A stretch of 64,000 nucleotides of DNA from Callorhinchus milii. Taxonomy: Eukaryota. The translations under genes were made by a program, and so were the position numbers. Shown one piece after another: positions 63,011 through 64,000 of this stretch. Position 1 is the first letter of the stretch; every line of letters starts with the position of its first letter. The notes under the pieces are model-generated. The model was not told the origin of the DNA. It searched no databases and saw only the letters and a list, made by a program, of their open reading frames with translations. Where the stretch lies: the NCBI RefSeq assembly GCF_018977255.1, contig NW_024704742.1, forward strand, positions 83,206,001 to 83,270,000. Direction: 5' to 3'.

Positions 63011-64000
63011 TTTAAGAAAATAAGCAGAAAGTGAATGATAAAATAAAGTTGGGATCCTTATCAGCTTGAATGGTCCTGTTGGAACAATCTACTAGAAATG
63101 TTAATTTGAACAATATTTGGCCTACAATATAACCAAGTTTAATAAATCTTTTTTTAAATCAGTTGTACATTATATCTGCCTTAGAGGGATCTTGGCAAAG
63201 CAAAAATCTTCCATCACTGCCAGATGTTTCTTTTAGTGGGAGTCACAATTATGACAATTAATCAATTTATTTTTAGGCTGTACATGTATATAAATGTCAA
63301 AGTCTTCTGGATTGATTTTGTTTTTGTTTTACAAAAAGAAAAACAGTTTCCAGAGAGTTTGTCTTTTGAGCCTGGAGTTCAGGTAAAACATTTTGATCAA
63401 TTCTTTTTGCATGTTGAAAACAATTTCGACATTTGATTGGCTTTCTTTTTAATGAATCTTGGAAAATTCCTTCTACACAGAGGAAAATTCAACAACTTCT
63501 AGACTATTACAATGTTTACACTGCTGGAAGCAAAGCCAGTTGAATAGCGTAGAACAAAGATTTATAGATCCCAGTCTTTTAAACGTTGAGGCTGTTAAAA
63601 CAACTAACCCCCACTTTTGGCATTCTGCACTTACACCAACCTGCCGTACAAGAGTTATTCGAATGTTGAGAGTGTTGTGAAATAATGAGACTTCTCCGGG
63701 GTCTATAAAATGTGTGCTTGGCCCGCTGCCTGTGACAGTGGGCATTTAAGACTGCAGCCGAACAAATTTTAAAAAAGGTTTCAGACCAAACTGTTGTGCA
63801 GACCTGAGATCTAACTTTCCCTATCTCTATGTGGTGGGATATGCATCAGAGGACTTGCTTTTACATAAAAACAAAAACTTGCATTTATATAGCACGGTTC
63901 ATGCGGGACAGCGTCTAGGAGCGCTTAGGAATAGCATTAACCAACTAAACTACTATATACACTTACAGTGGAATCTGCTTTTGCCAGACACCAGTTAACC

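Overview
Repeat-rich, non-coding vertebrate DNA, most likely from a cartilaginous fish (possibly a holocephalan). This is inferred from the repeat families only, since no database search was possible. I found no host protein-coding exon, RNA gene or CRISPR array that I can support. The long ORFs are decayed retroelement fragments or satellite artefacts. The window holds many tRNA(Ala)-derived SINEs in long and short variants, older Deu-domain SINEs, L2 and CR1 LINE fragments, and Penelope-like elements with a GIY-YIG remnant, fold-back ends and a degenerate hammerhead. It also has a Tc1/mariner remnant and a probable pogo/Tigger-like element. Two results stand out. (1) Two copies of a non-autonomous hAT-like transposon have matching TIRs and perfect 8-bp TSDs; one carries an L2 reverse-transcriptase fragment and an expanded higher-order satellite. 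(2) At least four fossil copies of a retroelement have a C-terminus resembling CRE-clade restriction-like-endonuclease non-LTR elements, which is unexpected in a vertebrate. Repeat-free, motif-dense islands suggest an enhancer-bearing gene desert or large intron. Most boundaries are approximate.
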